Assembly: GCA_001642005.1 (NCBI GenBank)
Contig: LWCA01000036.1
Location: 6,068 to 70,067 of the forward strand
DNA from: Intoshia linei
Lineage: Eukaryota > Animalia > Orthonectida
DNA: 64,000 nt
Direction of reading: 5' to 3'
Shown here: piece after piece, positions 14,001 to 27,377 of the stretch
Layout: every line of letters starts with the position of its first letter
Position numbering within the stretch: position 1 is the first letter of the stretch
Made by a program: the position numbers and the translations under genes
Notes under the pieces: generated by a model
Seen by the model: the letters and a program-made list of their open reading frames with translations, nothing else
Databases searched by the model: none
Told to the model about the DNA's origin: nothing

Positions 14001-17000
14001 CAATTGAAATCTGTTCGAATGCATGTGATTAATATTATTAAAAATGCGGTACATTCGAAATGTCTAAATTTTGATAAATTTTCTAATGTCTCAGAAATTA
14101 CTCAAGATTGTGTCTTGTTATTGCTTAAAAACCTTGATGATATTACTGTTGGTCCATTGTTACCTCAATTACTTTCATTTACATTTACATATAATGACAG
14201 TGAATGCAATAAAATTATAAAATATATTCTCACTGAATGTAAAATGAAGGAAAATATTTTCTCTAGGTATATGTATTTACTTGAAATTTCAAATACTTTT
14301 TTTCATAGTCAAATTTACAAAATTTGGAGTAAATTTTGCTTAAAAAATGATAATGATGAAAATTATAATGAAAACCAAATTCTAAAGTGTCGTTTAATTA
14401 TGATATCCGATTATTTATCGATTCCTTTTGATAATATTATTATTTTGGTGCTTAATCAACTTTTTAAAATCATCACCAACTCTTATGTAAAGTTTTATAC
14501 AATTTTAAATTCTTCTGATACTAAATTTCCAAAATTTATTGTTCCTTTTGGATCACTTTCTCTTTATAAAAATTACATAAATAATAAAATTTTTATAAGT
14601 AAATTTATTGTACAATTGGTGGCTGGATTATGTCAAAACAATTGCGATAAAATTAAAAATTTGTATGCCAGATGTCTGGGGGCAATTGGAGCTATAGGTA
14701 AAAAGTTTCTGATTAATAATGATCAAAATTTGATAATCTGTAAAAATGAAGAAAAAAATAAAACACATCAAAATATGATTACCGACGAAAAAAATGTTTT
14801 TGGATTAGCACAACATTCATGTACTCAACGTGCTAATCCACAAGAATTTTTAACTCAATTGGGCGTCAAAGAACCTACTTTTTATGAACTGGATCACGTG
14901 AAATTTAAATGTAATGTTATTAAAAGGCTCATTTTTTCGTTGCAAAAAACTAATAATAATGCTACTCATGATTGTATTGCGTTTTCTATTCAAGAATTTA
15001 TTAAATTGATTATTAATCACGATGATTTACATACAATGTTTACTTGTGATGATTTGGACGTTATTTTACCATTAACCAATTCCAGATACGTTTTAAATGA
15101 AATTTTTTTTTCAAGTTTTATGTCTAATTTATCTACCGGTTCAATCGCTAATTTGACCATTTTTAATAATGATAAATTTGATTCTAAAAATTTTCATAAT
15201 TGGATTTCTTGCTTTTGTATTTTGATTATTGAACAATTTCAAGATGAAGGTGTATCTGATTTTTTTAAACCTCTTTGTGGTGCTATTAAGAATGATGAAA
15301 GTTTTGCTAAATTCATTACAGCCTATGTTGTTTATTATTCAATTATTTTTGATAATTGTATCGAGTTTATCTTAAATGAAATTATCAACATTTTAACCTT
15401 CAATATAAATACTAGTGAAAATTTGGATAATATTAAATTTTCAAAACAAAAAATGTCTCATTTTGGTCAACTTCATAAATTGTACATTTTAAAATTGCTT
15501 TATAAATTGGAAACAATGTTTAAATGGTTTTATGAATCATACCATTATTTACATTCTACTCAGAAACATAAAAATGCAAAATGGATTGATATTTTAAAGG
15601 AAAATAGAGTTAAACTTTCCACGTTTTTGGACCAAGTTGAATTTATATTGATGGCTCATAATTATCTAAATTTGGGAGCATATTGTCACGGGTTGTATTA
15701 TTATGAATTGCATTTTAAGGGAATTAAGTATTCCAATTTCAATATATCAATTTTATTGGACCAAACAGACATTTCTCTCAGTTTTGAAGGTATCGTTCAA
15801 AAGGAACAACGTTCATTTAGTGCTAATGATTTAAATACTTTTCAAGAAATTTACAAGTGTATCGATGAAAGTGACGCTATTATGGGTGTTATTGTTTATC
15901 AAGGAATTATGGACACTTCTCAGGAAAATTCTATTGTCACTTTGGAATCTAAACATTTAAATTCTTTTGGAACTGTCAGTTATGATCACGTCATTTCTAA
16001 ACACCAACTTTTTTCGACTCTTACCCAATCTAAATCGAAAGTTTACTCTGGTTTATTAGAAAGAAAGATTAAAAACGATGAAAAATATAAATTTTTAGAA
16101 ATTAACAACAAAGTCAGTTTAATTCGAAACATGATCAATTTAGGTCAGTATTACACCGCAAAAACAGTTATAGATAAATTAATCGATGAAAACCCTTATT
16201 ATCACAAATATGTCAGTGAGTATAGACACGAAGTTGCTCATCAATTGAGTGATTGGACTTGTATTGATTCTTTTATAAATCAAGAGCAGGTATGGAACAA
16301 AAATCATAAATTAGACTGGAATGAAGGAATCTCACAAATTATCCACAATTTATCAAATATTAATTTTAATAAAACTAATGTTTTAGAAATTGACGATATT
16401 ATTATCAAAATGTTTGATAATGTCATTTCTCTTTTTATTGCTAATGCTGATATTGAATTTGGAGCATATAATCAAATTTATCCAGTTTTAATCAAATTTC
16501 ATACTCTTGTAGATTTAAATCATATTTATAATTATTTAAATTTTATCAAAGTTCCTGAAAAAATAAATTTTGATAAAACTAGTTTTGATTACTTTAATCA
16601 AAGACTTTGCTTGACTGAACCTATTTACTGTTACCGGGAACCCATCATTTCGTGTTATAGGCACATTCTTCAGAATCAATTAAATTTGTTGTATCAGAAA
16701 TTTTTTCAATCTGAACGGTTTGATATTTTTGGAACACAAATTTTGAAAAATGTTTATGAATCTGATAATGAACCTATTAAATGTATTTTTAAAGACAAAA
16801 TTAGTAACATGTTTATTGAAACTGCAAAACTTGCTAGATATGATGGAAATTTAGAACGTGCTTTTACTTTGTTGGTTCAGTTGGATGTTTTTGATGATAA
16901 TATCAATGTTTCCTTAGAACGAGCATTATGGATGAAGGATAGGGGAGATGTAACCGAAGCAGAGGTTATTTTCAATATAATGAATCAATTCAAATTTTTT

Positions 17001-20000
17001 TCAAGCGTTTATCAACCTTTTTTAAATCTAGTACAGTAGTTCCCGATTGGTGCCCCTGGACCTCTTGGTCCGTAAGAGTCAAATAAAATATAAACAATCT
17101 TTATCAACTTTTATTTATTTTTAATAAATATTGCAAAGTTGCCACATGTTGGGAATTTATCCAAAATCCTAGATAACCGCTACATTATTATTTTAAAAAT
17201 CCCACTTTTATCACACTATTAATAATATTTACAAAATAATTAATAGTTAATGAAAAATACCGTTTCAAACTCTCAAAAAAAAAATCGACTTAATCAAACT
17301 CCAAAATAAAAAATATAATTTTAAAATTTCCATATTTCTATTACAGCTTTTCGAGAGTTGTTTTATCGCAAATTTTATTTTTAGAAATTGAGTCCTTCAA
17401 GGTCAAAAACAACAATTATCCTGTTTTTTAAATTCAAACGACCTAGAATTATCAAATATACTTAATCTGATAAAGATTTTAAATTCATCAACATTACGAT
17501 AATTTTCAATTAAAATATTATGTCTTCACGGCCAAAACCACAAACTATCCTTTTTTTATAAAAAAAATTTATAAAGTCCTAGAATGTTATACAACATACA
17601 TTCTGGGATAGTTTTTAAAGTCATAAGCATTATTATGAATGGCAACCTCAAAAAAGTGCATTTTCACGATTAAAATCCTTTATTACCCTTTTTTTAAAAA
17701 AAATTACAGTTCATAGTTATTTCCACTTAACACACATAAATTTTTGATCTCACTAAAAAATTACATTAAATTGACATTAAAATACTATTTCAAAAAATAA
17801 TGTAAATATGTTTAAATAAATTGCCAACCCTAGTACCAGAGTAGTACACACTGCTCAATTTCTTCTTAAAGGCTAAAAATTAATTTTTACACAAAACCCT
17901 TCGATAATTCAAAATAATTGGAACAAATGATGCGGTATTTTTTTTAAAAATTTGAGTTAAGTTTTAAAAATATTTTTTATATTTAATGGAATTAAATATC
18001 AAAATGAATCAGTCTACAGATTGAGTTAAGTTAAATAATAAAATATAATATTTTTAGTCACTGTTGACATGTGCTGCTTCAAAATATTATGGAATTTACA
18101 TAAATACAAACATGTCCTCGTTAAATGAAAATCCTACCCAATTACATCATAAATGTGTTTACTCTAAAATTTTGATGGAAATTGGAATTTTGAAAGAAGA
18201 GAGTAGTAGTTGTGCCAGTAATGATATAGTTTCACAATACGAAGATGCCTTGAAATTAGACCCAAACTCGGAAACATGTCATTTCCGCTTAGCCAGATAT
18301 ATGGACAAACTTTTATCATCCCCATCACTAAAAAATATTCCAAAAATGCAAATAGTTGACATGAAATGCACATATTTGCCGAGAATAATTGAATGTTATG
18401 GAAGTTCTTTAGTTTATGGTTGCAATTACATATATCAATCCTTACCTCGATTATTATCTTTATGGCTTGATTTTGGAAACGAAATGCAAAGTTACAAGAG
18501 TGATATAAATTCCTATTCCCACATGTCTTCATGTATAAAAAAATTAAACTCAATAATTGAATCTCTTATAAAGAGACTACCAACCTTCTTATTTTACTGT
18601 TCATTTCCTCAGCTAGTTTCACGGATTTGTCATAAAAATGAAAGCGTTGTTCGTTGTTTAAAAACTTTAATTTCAAGTATTATTATTGTATATCCTCAAC
18701 AATCGTTGTGGCAAATGATTGCAGTAATTAAATCAACATATCCAACGCGATCCCAAAGATGTCAAGATATTATTAATGAATCGCGTAAAAATTGCTCTTC
18801 AGATAAACTTTTTTATTTTATACAAGATATTTTAAAACTGGCAGAACAACTAATTCTACTATGTAATTTTAAGACTACAGGAATTAAATCCAGTAAGCCT
18901 ACGTTTAGTCTAGATAAAAATATTAAATTATTACGACGCTTGTTTGATTCTCCTAAATTGTCTAGAATTATTATACCTATTCAATACTTTTTAAATGTTC
19001 GTATACCTAGAACAGAAATTGGTGGATGTTTTAATAATTCAAATTCTGTTTATGGAAATTTTGAACCCTTTCCATCTGATGAAATTTATATTCAAAATAT
19101 TCAGGATACGGTTAAAGTGTATACTCAATCTTTGCAAAGACCGAAAATTGTAACTTTTATTTGTTCTGATGGTATCGATCGTGTCATGCTTTGTAAACCC
19201 AAGGACGATTTGCGTAAGGATGCTCGTTTGATGGAATTTAATTGTATTATCAATACGTTGCTTAGAATGGACAGCGACGCTCGAACTAAGTCACTTTTTA
19301 TTAGAACCTATAGTGTTATTCCGCTTAATGAGGTAATGTGCATTTGTTATTTAAATTATGCCAATAAAAATATTATGATAATTATTTTAATGTAAAAAAA
19401 TATTTCAACATCAATAATATTTACAATTTAATTTTTAGAATTGTGGTATGATCGAATGGGTAGTAAATACAAAAGCTTTTCGTTTAATTCTTAAAGGTCT
19501 TTATGAAAGAGAAGGGATAAAAATGCCTAAAAGGAGTTATCTTTTAAAATATGAACATGTTGCCAATTCTCCACTTCCAATCAAATTACAATTATACAAG
19601 AAAGATTTTGTTTCAAAATTTCCTCTCATCTTTGATCGCTGGTTTATTGAATCATTTGACAATCCAACGGATTGGTATCGAGCTAGAAATAATTATAGTA
19701 GAACTGTGGCAGTTATGAGTATTGTTGGATACATTTTGGGTAATTTTTTATTTTTAGTTGACCATATTAATTTTATATTCTACATTACGGGTTTCCCACT
19801 GGCAACTGACTTAGCCGTCCCGTTGGAGGGCTCTAGCACGTACTATCACTGTGTATGCACGAGAATATTTATTTATTATATATTTTGGGTGTCTACTTTT
19901 ACTATTTTTACTAAAAATTAAAATTTACCAACCTTAAAATGAAAAAATCAGTTTTACCAAACTTTAAGGGAAAAAATCCAATTTACCGAATTGTAGAGTA

Positions 20001-21509
20001 TCCCGTAAAGACTCAGTATAAAATACAAACCAAAGTGATATTCTTGAACAAAAGGATTATCCATGAACATTTTTTGGAATTGGAAAATTATTTTATGCAA
20101 ACATGATATTCCATTTTGTTTGCAATATTATAATTTGTAAGACAATATTTTTTCATTAGATAAAATGCTATTACCTTTACCCTTATTGAATTGAAAAAGT
20201 GTATTTTTTATGTATTGATTATATATAAGTATTGTGAGTGTATATAAATATATAATAAGTTATTATTATTAATAACGCAAGATTTATAAAATTTTTTACA
20301 CTATTTCATAAAAGATCAAAACTCTGCCTTTTTTAAATAATAAAAAATAGTAATTTTTCAAGTTTGTAACGAAGATCCAAAGAACAATTTCATTATTACT
20401 TTTCTACAGTTTTATAAATGTTATATAATATAGTTATGGATTTTTCTTTAAGGGTTGGTAAAACTGGAATTTTTCCTAAAGAGCTTGTAAAAGTAGATTC
20501 TTCCCTAAGGGTTGGTAAATTTTGAGTTTTAGTAAAAATGGTTGGGTTTAAGAATAATCTTATTTATTTTTATAAATGGGCGTCTACTTCAATCCAACCA
20601 TTTTTATATAAATTAAACCGTTTTTACTAAAAATCAAAATTTACCAACCCTAAAATGAAAAATCCAATTTTACCGAATTGCAGAGTATCCCATAAAAACT
20701 CAGTATCACAAACAAAACAAAGTAAAGTTCTTAAATAGAAGGCTTATTGATAAAAAGATGTTATAATCGCTTTAATATTTACTGAAACTGATAAAACTTT
20801 TTAAAACAAATGTAAAAAAAATGTATTTATATTATTATTAATATTTATCTGTCCTTGAAATATTTGATATTTACTATATTAGATGTGTTTAGTGATCTTC
20901 CTCACTTTCTAAGTATTTTGATATTATCTTTAGTAAAAATGGTTGGATTTAAGAATATTCTCTTTATAAATTAACTACTAACTGTATTTAGGTCTCGGCG
21001 ACCGACATGGAGAAAATATACTTTTTGATTCAACAACAGGCGATTGCGTTCATGTCGATTTTTCATGTTTATTTAATGCTGGTGAAGACTTGATGGTCCC
21101 AGAAAAAGTTCCATTTCGTTTAACTAGAAATATGATATATGCGATGGGACCATTGGGATACGAAGGTGTATTTCGTAAAGCTTGCGAAGTGACATTGAAT
21201 GTAATAAAAGACCAGAAAGACCCCCTTTTAAGTGTCCTAAAATCATTCTTGTGGGACCCACTTGTTGAATGGAACACTGGTATTAAACAAAAGAAATTTG
21301 AATCTGGAGAAGTATTAAACGAAAAAGCATTACTCCACGTTTGTAACATTGAATTACGGATGCACGGAAAGTTAAAACATAACTCTAAAGTAAAATTTCA
21401 AACAAGTCTTGCATTGGCTACCAAAGGACACGTTGAATATCTCATAAAAGAAGCTACAAATGAACACAACCTTTGTTTAATGTACATAGGCTGGGGAGCT
21501 TACTTGTAA
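11064..21509 (+). CDS. ATR: Serine/threonine-protein kinase ATR (PIKK family), 4 identified exons
   Basis: Exons ~11064-16964, 18058-19332, 19439-19739, 20992-21509 with GT-AG and consistent phase. Motifs: ARCLGAIGAI, QSLPRLLSLWLDFG, SLQRPK, CKPKDDLRKDARLMEF, GLGDRHGENILFD, DFSCLF, VPFRLTRNM, FATC MYIGWGAYL*. True 5' end uncertain. Confidence 0.96.
17034..17760. mobile_element. Composite of a family A MITE 5' end and a family B fragment in the ATR intron
   Basis: CAGTAGTTCCCGATTGGTGCCCC terminus at 17034, followed by reverse-strand family B subrepeats (CTTCAAGGTCAAAA, CTTCACGGCCAAAA). Confidence 0.7.
19862..20962. repeat. Two tandem copies of an inverted-repeat element in the last ATR intron
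   Basis: 19903-20040 is duplicated at 20620-20730. Both copies end TTAGTAAAAATGGTTGG(G/A)TTTAAGAATA (~20555, ~20957). Arms are made of TTTACCAAC / GTTGGTAAA units. Confidence 0.7.
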
Positions 21510-21791
21510 AAAACTAGAAATTTGTAATTAATATGTAAATTTTGTAAATGTATTTATGTCGTTTTTGTGTAAATTGCTGTGAATAACCGACTGCACGTGT
21601 GTTTTAATAGTTATTGTGTTTCCTCTTTGTGAGTTTATGTCTGTAAAAGTATTTATAAAATACAATAGAGATTTAAAAATATATCAATATAAATGTAAAA
21701 ACATTATCCTTTCATTTGCAGGTGTCAAATTAACTGATACGTAACGAACTTTTTAGACAAATTTTCACACATTTTATTAAATTTATGTGTT

Positions 21792-24700
21792 ATGCATTTA
21801 ATAAATTTTGTCCATTTTATATTTTTTAAAGGTATTCTTATGTCAAAAATTTTATCCGAAAAAGACAAAGTATGACTTTATTTAAAATTATTTACAAATT
21901 GTATAGATTCGTTTGCAAAAATTACCACAATGTAACATTTATTGTTCGAGTCGTTTACCATTCGACCCTACATGTGCTTCAAATAATGTCATTTATCCCA
22001 ATACTTGTTTAATTAGAAAATTAATATTTTGTTATAATGTTAAAATTAACATTACTAATTATTCTTCTTGCACCAATACAAGTATTTTTTCATTGTTCAT
22101 TTAAAAATTTAAGATAATTTTAATTGCTTCTTGAACCAATTTGATGCTCAAAGACTAAATTCTAGTTATATTCCAACTTGTTCGACGCATGAATTTTTTT
22201 ATCCTTTGCAATGTCAAAATAATGTTTGTTGGTGCAGTAATAACTTTGGCTCCCGTGTTGGAGGTGTTTTCTTTAAAAAAAAGAATTCTATTCGAAAATG
22301 TCTCGAAATGTCTGCAGATTCATGTATCAATTTTTTTAACCTTTACCATTTTTGATTTTAGATTACGATTCATGCTCACATGCACTTGGTGTAATATTTA
22401 TCAATAGATTTAAATATTTTTTGAATAATTATAAAGGTATATTTTGTAATTTGTTTAAATTACAATTCAATTTAGACAATGTCAAAACATTTAAATTGGT
22501 TGATAGTAATTTTGATAATGGATGGAGTTTTGATGAGTTTAAATCTTTTATACAGTCGTCATTTCATATCAAAAATGTTACAATTATAGACAGTTTTAAT
22601 TGCATTGACAGTATTTTTAAAGTACTCGATATTGACCAAAGTATGAATATTTCTTTCGAGGAATTTTCCATTTTTATCACAAAATCTGATTCAAAGTATG
22701 TTTTTATCGAATTAATCATACGTGTTGGTAAAAGTGGCGTAAAAGGACTGCGCAAATTTATTATTTTTTTATTCAAGTTTTTTTTACCGTCAAAAAAAAA
22801 ATTTGACACCATTGAATTATAGTATAGTTTAATACAGTTTATCTCAAAAATAGGGATATCCACTGGTCGCATTTTTTTAATTCATATGTGAATAATATAT
22901 TTGTCACATAAAATTAGTTATTATTGATTTTAATAATAATGGCTTTTTCTTATAATTTGATTTATTTTTATCTATTATTCCTAGATTAATTCTTTTAAAT
23001 TCTCATTTTAAATCAAAGTACCAGTCAATGGATCAAAAATCTCAAATTAACAAATTGCCTCAATTATTTAATTATTCCGACAAAATTAGACGAAGTTATT
23101 CACTTGTAATAAAAGCTTATAATCAATTTAGATTTCAAAAGTCTTGATTGTTTTGAAAAGAAAAAATTTATTTTAAAATATCAAAATATACAGAATAATT
23201 TCACATTTACTTCCAATATAGAATGTCATTCTGACGGAACTTATATATCCAAGCAATGTTTACAAAATAAAAAATATTGTTGGTGTGTTGACACCATTAG
23301 TGGTAGCATGATTCAAAAAACTATTACTTCTAATCACCAAAATTTGATTTGTTTCAATGAACTTTCATCCGCTCAGTATATTGACAAATTAAAAGGTTAT
23401 TCATTTTTTAAATTCAAATACGTGTTGACGATGATGGTTCATATGTTTTAATATCTTAAAAATAATGTTAGGGTGTTCAACATTTCTTACAACCATTGAA
23501 TAATTTTTTACAATGTTAAGTGTATGACTAAAACAGAATTTAATTGAATTATTAAATTAATACGAGACTTTGTTTTTTTGTTTGAATGTAATTATTAATT
23601 TTTAACATTTTTTAATTATATTTCTATCTTAACTATGTAATATTAGTCATTTATGATTTTTTCTCATAAGATTTGGTAAAGTCGTATTTTTCAAAAAAAT
23701 ATCGAAAAATGGGGATTTTTCCATTAAGGGTTGGTAAAATTGGATTTATTTTGAGGTTTGATTTTTCATGAATTTTTCAAAAAAATATTGGTAAAAGTCG
23801 ATTTTTCTCAGACGGTTTGACAGGGTATTTTTTATAAAATTTTATTAGTGGTGGGATAAAAATCAGATTTATTAAATAATAATGTAGGGGTCGTCTAGAT
23901 CAGGGGTTCCGAAAGGGGCCAATCGAAAAATCAAGGTGCCATGGAAAAAAATTTCTATTTGGTGCAATAAAAAATTTTATATATATTTTTTAAGATAATG
24001 TATTAATTATTCAAAATTGATATCAAATTGAATTTAATAATAATCGAAAATTTATCGTTGAATATTTTAAAAGTTTACATATCAAAAAAATCTAAAATGC
24101 CTCATTTTTAGTCATCATTAATTATTTGTAAAAAAATTATAATGGAGGCTATAGAAATAATTTAGTAAAGAAGGGTCATAGCTTCAAAAGGGTTGGAAAT
24201 CCTGGTCTAGACTTGGGGATAAATTCCCAACATCTGGAAAATTTGTAATAAATATTAAAAATAAACAAAAGTTGATTAAATAGAATTTATATTTTATTTA
24301 ATCTCACCAACCCCCAGGTACATAGTTTATGACCCAAAATCGGAAACTATTACCCTACAATCTAGGGCCTACAGGATATATCATTAGTAAATGTAAACCG
24401 GATAACAACTACGCTATGGGCACAATATGGCCCGTGAAATACTGCACTGATTTTTATTTTATGATGTAATATTAGAATGTTCGATATCGTACCATGAAGC
24501 TTTTCAAAAATGGATAGCGAACCGAATTGATTAATAATAATTTGGAAAGTCAACAGTGGGCCCGTCAGATCAAAAGTGTGGGTTATATATACTGATTTTT
24601 GGTTACTCTATTCAGTCTTTAACTTTTTTCCGCGTTACGTGTTAGAGCAGCCTGCTCTCGTGATATTTCTATTCGGATATTGGTTCATCAGTGTTTTACA

Positions 24701-26980
24701 AACTTAAATTATTTTTATTTAGAACAACGATCGAAATTATGTAATTCTCATAAAACAAAAAATAAAATATTGGAAATTTTTGTCAAAGAGTTTAAAAGGA
24801 ATTATAAAAGGTTAAATATTTATATTCAAATTAAATTTTGTTATTTTTAGAAAGAAAATTTCAATTGGTGAAATTATCAATTGGAGATTTTCGATAGCAG
24901 ATGCAAATTTTAATTTCGTAGTGTTTTATTTTTTATTTTGTAAAGGTTGCATTTAAAACTGGCTCGAAACGTAGCCTATTTGAACCACTAGTGGTTATCA
25001 TTGAAATTTCAGTAAAATGTAGCCCATAATAAAAAAAGTAAAAAATAAAAGGTTGGGAAACTTTGATTTAGAATGTTATGCCAGTGGTAGTTAAATTTAC
25101 GTTTTTGGGGTAATTTTAACCAAGTTTATAAAATGAAACAAAAATTGTTATTTGATTAATATTTGGAAATTTTTGTTTGTGGTGATTAGAGCTCTTTTGA
25201 TATACATCTGATATCTTATCTATTGTAATTTAACATTTCCCTTCTAATTCCCCATACACGCGTAAATTTTTTGTATCGATCCGTAAATAATCATTATGTC
25301 CGATCTAATTGACCTATTTATTAACGATTACATATACACAGTAATTATTGACTTGTGGAACCAGTACGGATAAAAAAATTAAAATTTATATCAATACAAC
25401 TTTATTCAATTCTTACACTCTAGGGAGGAATTTTGCTATTATATAGTCATTGTTATACTCAAAAAAAATAGTTTTTCTCAAACGATTATCTTGTGTCACA
25501 TAGTTTAATGATGTGCTGATTTTATACAAACTGACAATACGTTTTATGGTCTTAAGAGCTGTGACGAATGGTTACTGACCATGATGTTACAATAATATAG
25601 TATAAATATTTTTCTCCTTTCTTTATCAATTAAGTACTAACATTAATTAATTTTTACTAACATAAAATTTTAAGTAGTAAGCAGTTTACTTCTGAAGTTA
25701 GTGGTTTCACTCAAAGCACATAAAAATAGTTTATATAGATTATTTTATATTGAAATTGTATTTATGGAATTTAGACTGATTTTAAATATTAATTTTGAGT
25801 GTAATTACAAAAGGTTAAGTATGAATCTACTTTTATTTAAATAATCTTTTCTTTTTTAACCTAATTACCTTTTCAAATTTAAGAATAACAAGGTCATTAT
25901 AAAATATTGTTTATTTTCTTTAAATCAGTAGTTCCTAATTCAAATAGTGTACGGACCCCCAGTTCAAAATATTTATTTTTTTGTACCCCAAAGGAGACAT
26001 GAAATATAAAACATTTATGAAAAAATTTCAAATTTTTTCTCAGATTTGGTAAAATCGTTTTTCAAAAAAATATTGCAAAAAAGGATTTTTCCTTAAGGTT
26101 TTGGTAAAATTGTATTTTTTATATTATGGTTGGATTCATTTTTCGAAAAAATATCGGTAAAAGTCGATTTTACCCTGGGTGTTTAGAATGGTATTTTTTA
26201 TTATCACTTATGGCACTGTAAATTTTATTAATTGTGGAATACAAGTGATTTTTGAAATAATAATGTAACGGTCATATAGATTTGGGATAAATTCCAAACA
26301 TCTGGCAATTCAGTAATAAATATTAAAAATTTTCGTATAAGAATAAAGAAAAATTGATCATATTTTATTTTAATTTCATCTACCTCAATCGCAAACCACT
26401 GCTCTAAATGGAATACACGCTCCAAGGGAAAAAGATTCCAATTGTACCTTATAGAAACCCTAAATATTATTTTAATATATCTCCATGCGATTTGTCTAAA
26501 CTTTAGATCCTATATCATGCATACTAATCTACATTTAATATGATAATGTATGGATCCCAGTTCTTTTGCACATATTGACAATCTTGTAAGTTCTGCAGCA
26601 CGATCCAAAGCATTAAATTTTAAAATCTCGTCAATACGATACCAGCTAGTTCGTCTATTGTTACTCAATACGACCGTATTGCAGAATTTTAATTCCTACA
26701 TTTTATGTAACGGGAACAGTCAACAATTAAAAACTTGTTTGATTTGTTATAATGTAATGAAGGAATATTAAAAAATAACTCAATTTTTTAGATACTCGAT
26801 GATGACGAAACTGCAATTCTTTTTAACAAATTATCATTGCATTCAATGGACGTGGAATGCATAAAACTATTGTTTAATGCGTCTTTGCTTAAAGATCCTG
26901 CAGATGATTTTAGTTTCGCCTTTATAAACGGCCAAAATATTTACCCAATTGAGAAATTGAAAAAATTATTTATAAATTAA
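21792..26980 (+). CDS. SMOC: SMOC-like secreted modular calcium-binding protein (Kazal-thyroglobulin-EF-thyroglobulin-EF)
   Basis: Signal-like exon 21792-21869; Kazal CNIYC...PTCASNNVIYPNTC (21907-22081); TY1 YIPTC...YPLQC..CWCS; EF pair DSNFDNGWSFDE / DIDQSMNISFEE; TY2 ECHSDGTYISKQC..YCWCVD (~23220-23300); last EF loop DANFNF|ILDDDE split across the intron ending 26791; stop 26978-26980. Confidence 0.85.
23901..24204. mobile_element. hAT (Buster-type) MITE nested in a family A copy
   Basis: TIRs CAGGGGTTCCGAA / TTGGAAATCCTG; 8-bp TSD GTCTAGAT / GTCTAGAC with central TA. Confidence 0.8.
25926..26401 (-). mobile_element. Complete family A hAT MITE
   Basis: CAGTAGTTCC...GCAAACCACTG termini; TSD CTTTAAAT / CTCTAAAT; internal TTGGTAAAA subrepeats. 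Confidence 0.8.
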
Positions 26981-27004
26981 CAATTATTTTGAATCAAACA
27001 CTTT

Positions 27005-27240
27005 TCACCATTGAGATGTATAATTTGTTGTATTAAATCTATTTGATAATCTAGCATTGTATTTACTGTCGAAAATTTTATTTGCTTCAATTAAGGCTTT
27101 CATTTCTAAAAAATGAATTAATAGGCTCGGTGTTTAAAAATCTTACCTGGTTCATTTTTTTTGAGTTCTCGAATGAAGCATCTTCGAGAAACGCAAAATT
27201 CCAAACGACCAGCTTCCATCCATAACGATCTATTTGACAT
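27005..27240 (-). CDS. Orphan 64-aa two-exon protein (not in ORF track)
   Basis: Exon 27240-27147, 41-nt intron GTAAGA...TTTTAG (27146-27106), exon 27105-27005. Spliced product MSNRSLWMEAGRLEFCVSRRCFIRELKKNEPEMKALIEANKIFDSKYNARLSNRFNTTNYTSQW*. Confidence 0.65.
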
Positions 27241-27377
27241 TATTTGAAAATGAAATGGGGCTAATTAATTGGCACAGTTTTAGATTTATAATCGATATTG
27301 AAACAAACACAAAAGTCATTATATCAAATACAATAAATATGTATGATTTATTTTAAAATATACAATTCTCGCGTAAT

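Noticed and set aside
10870-21349. Minus-strand ORFs overlapping ATR (10870, 11150, 11458, 12965, 18164, 21050)
   Set aside because: Antisense to a well-supported CDS.
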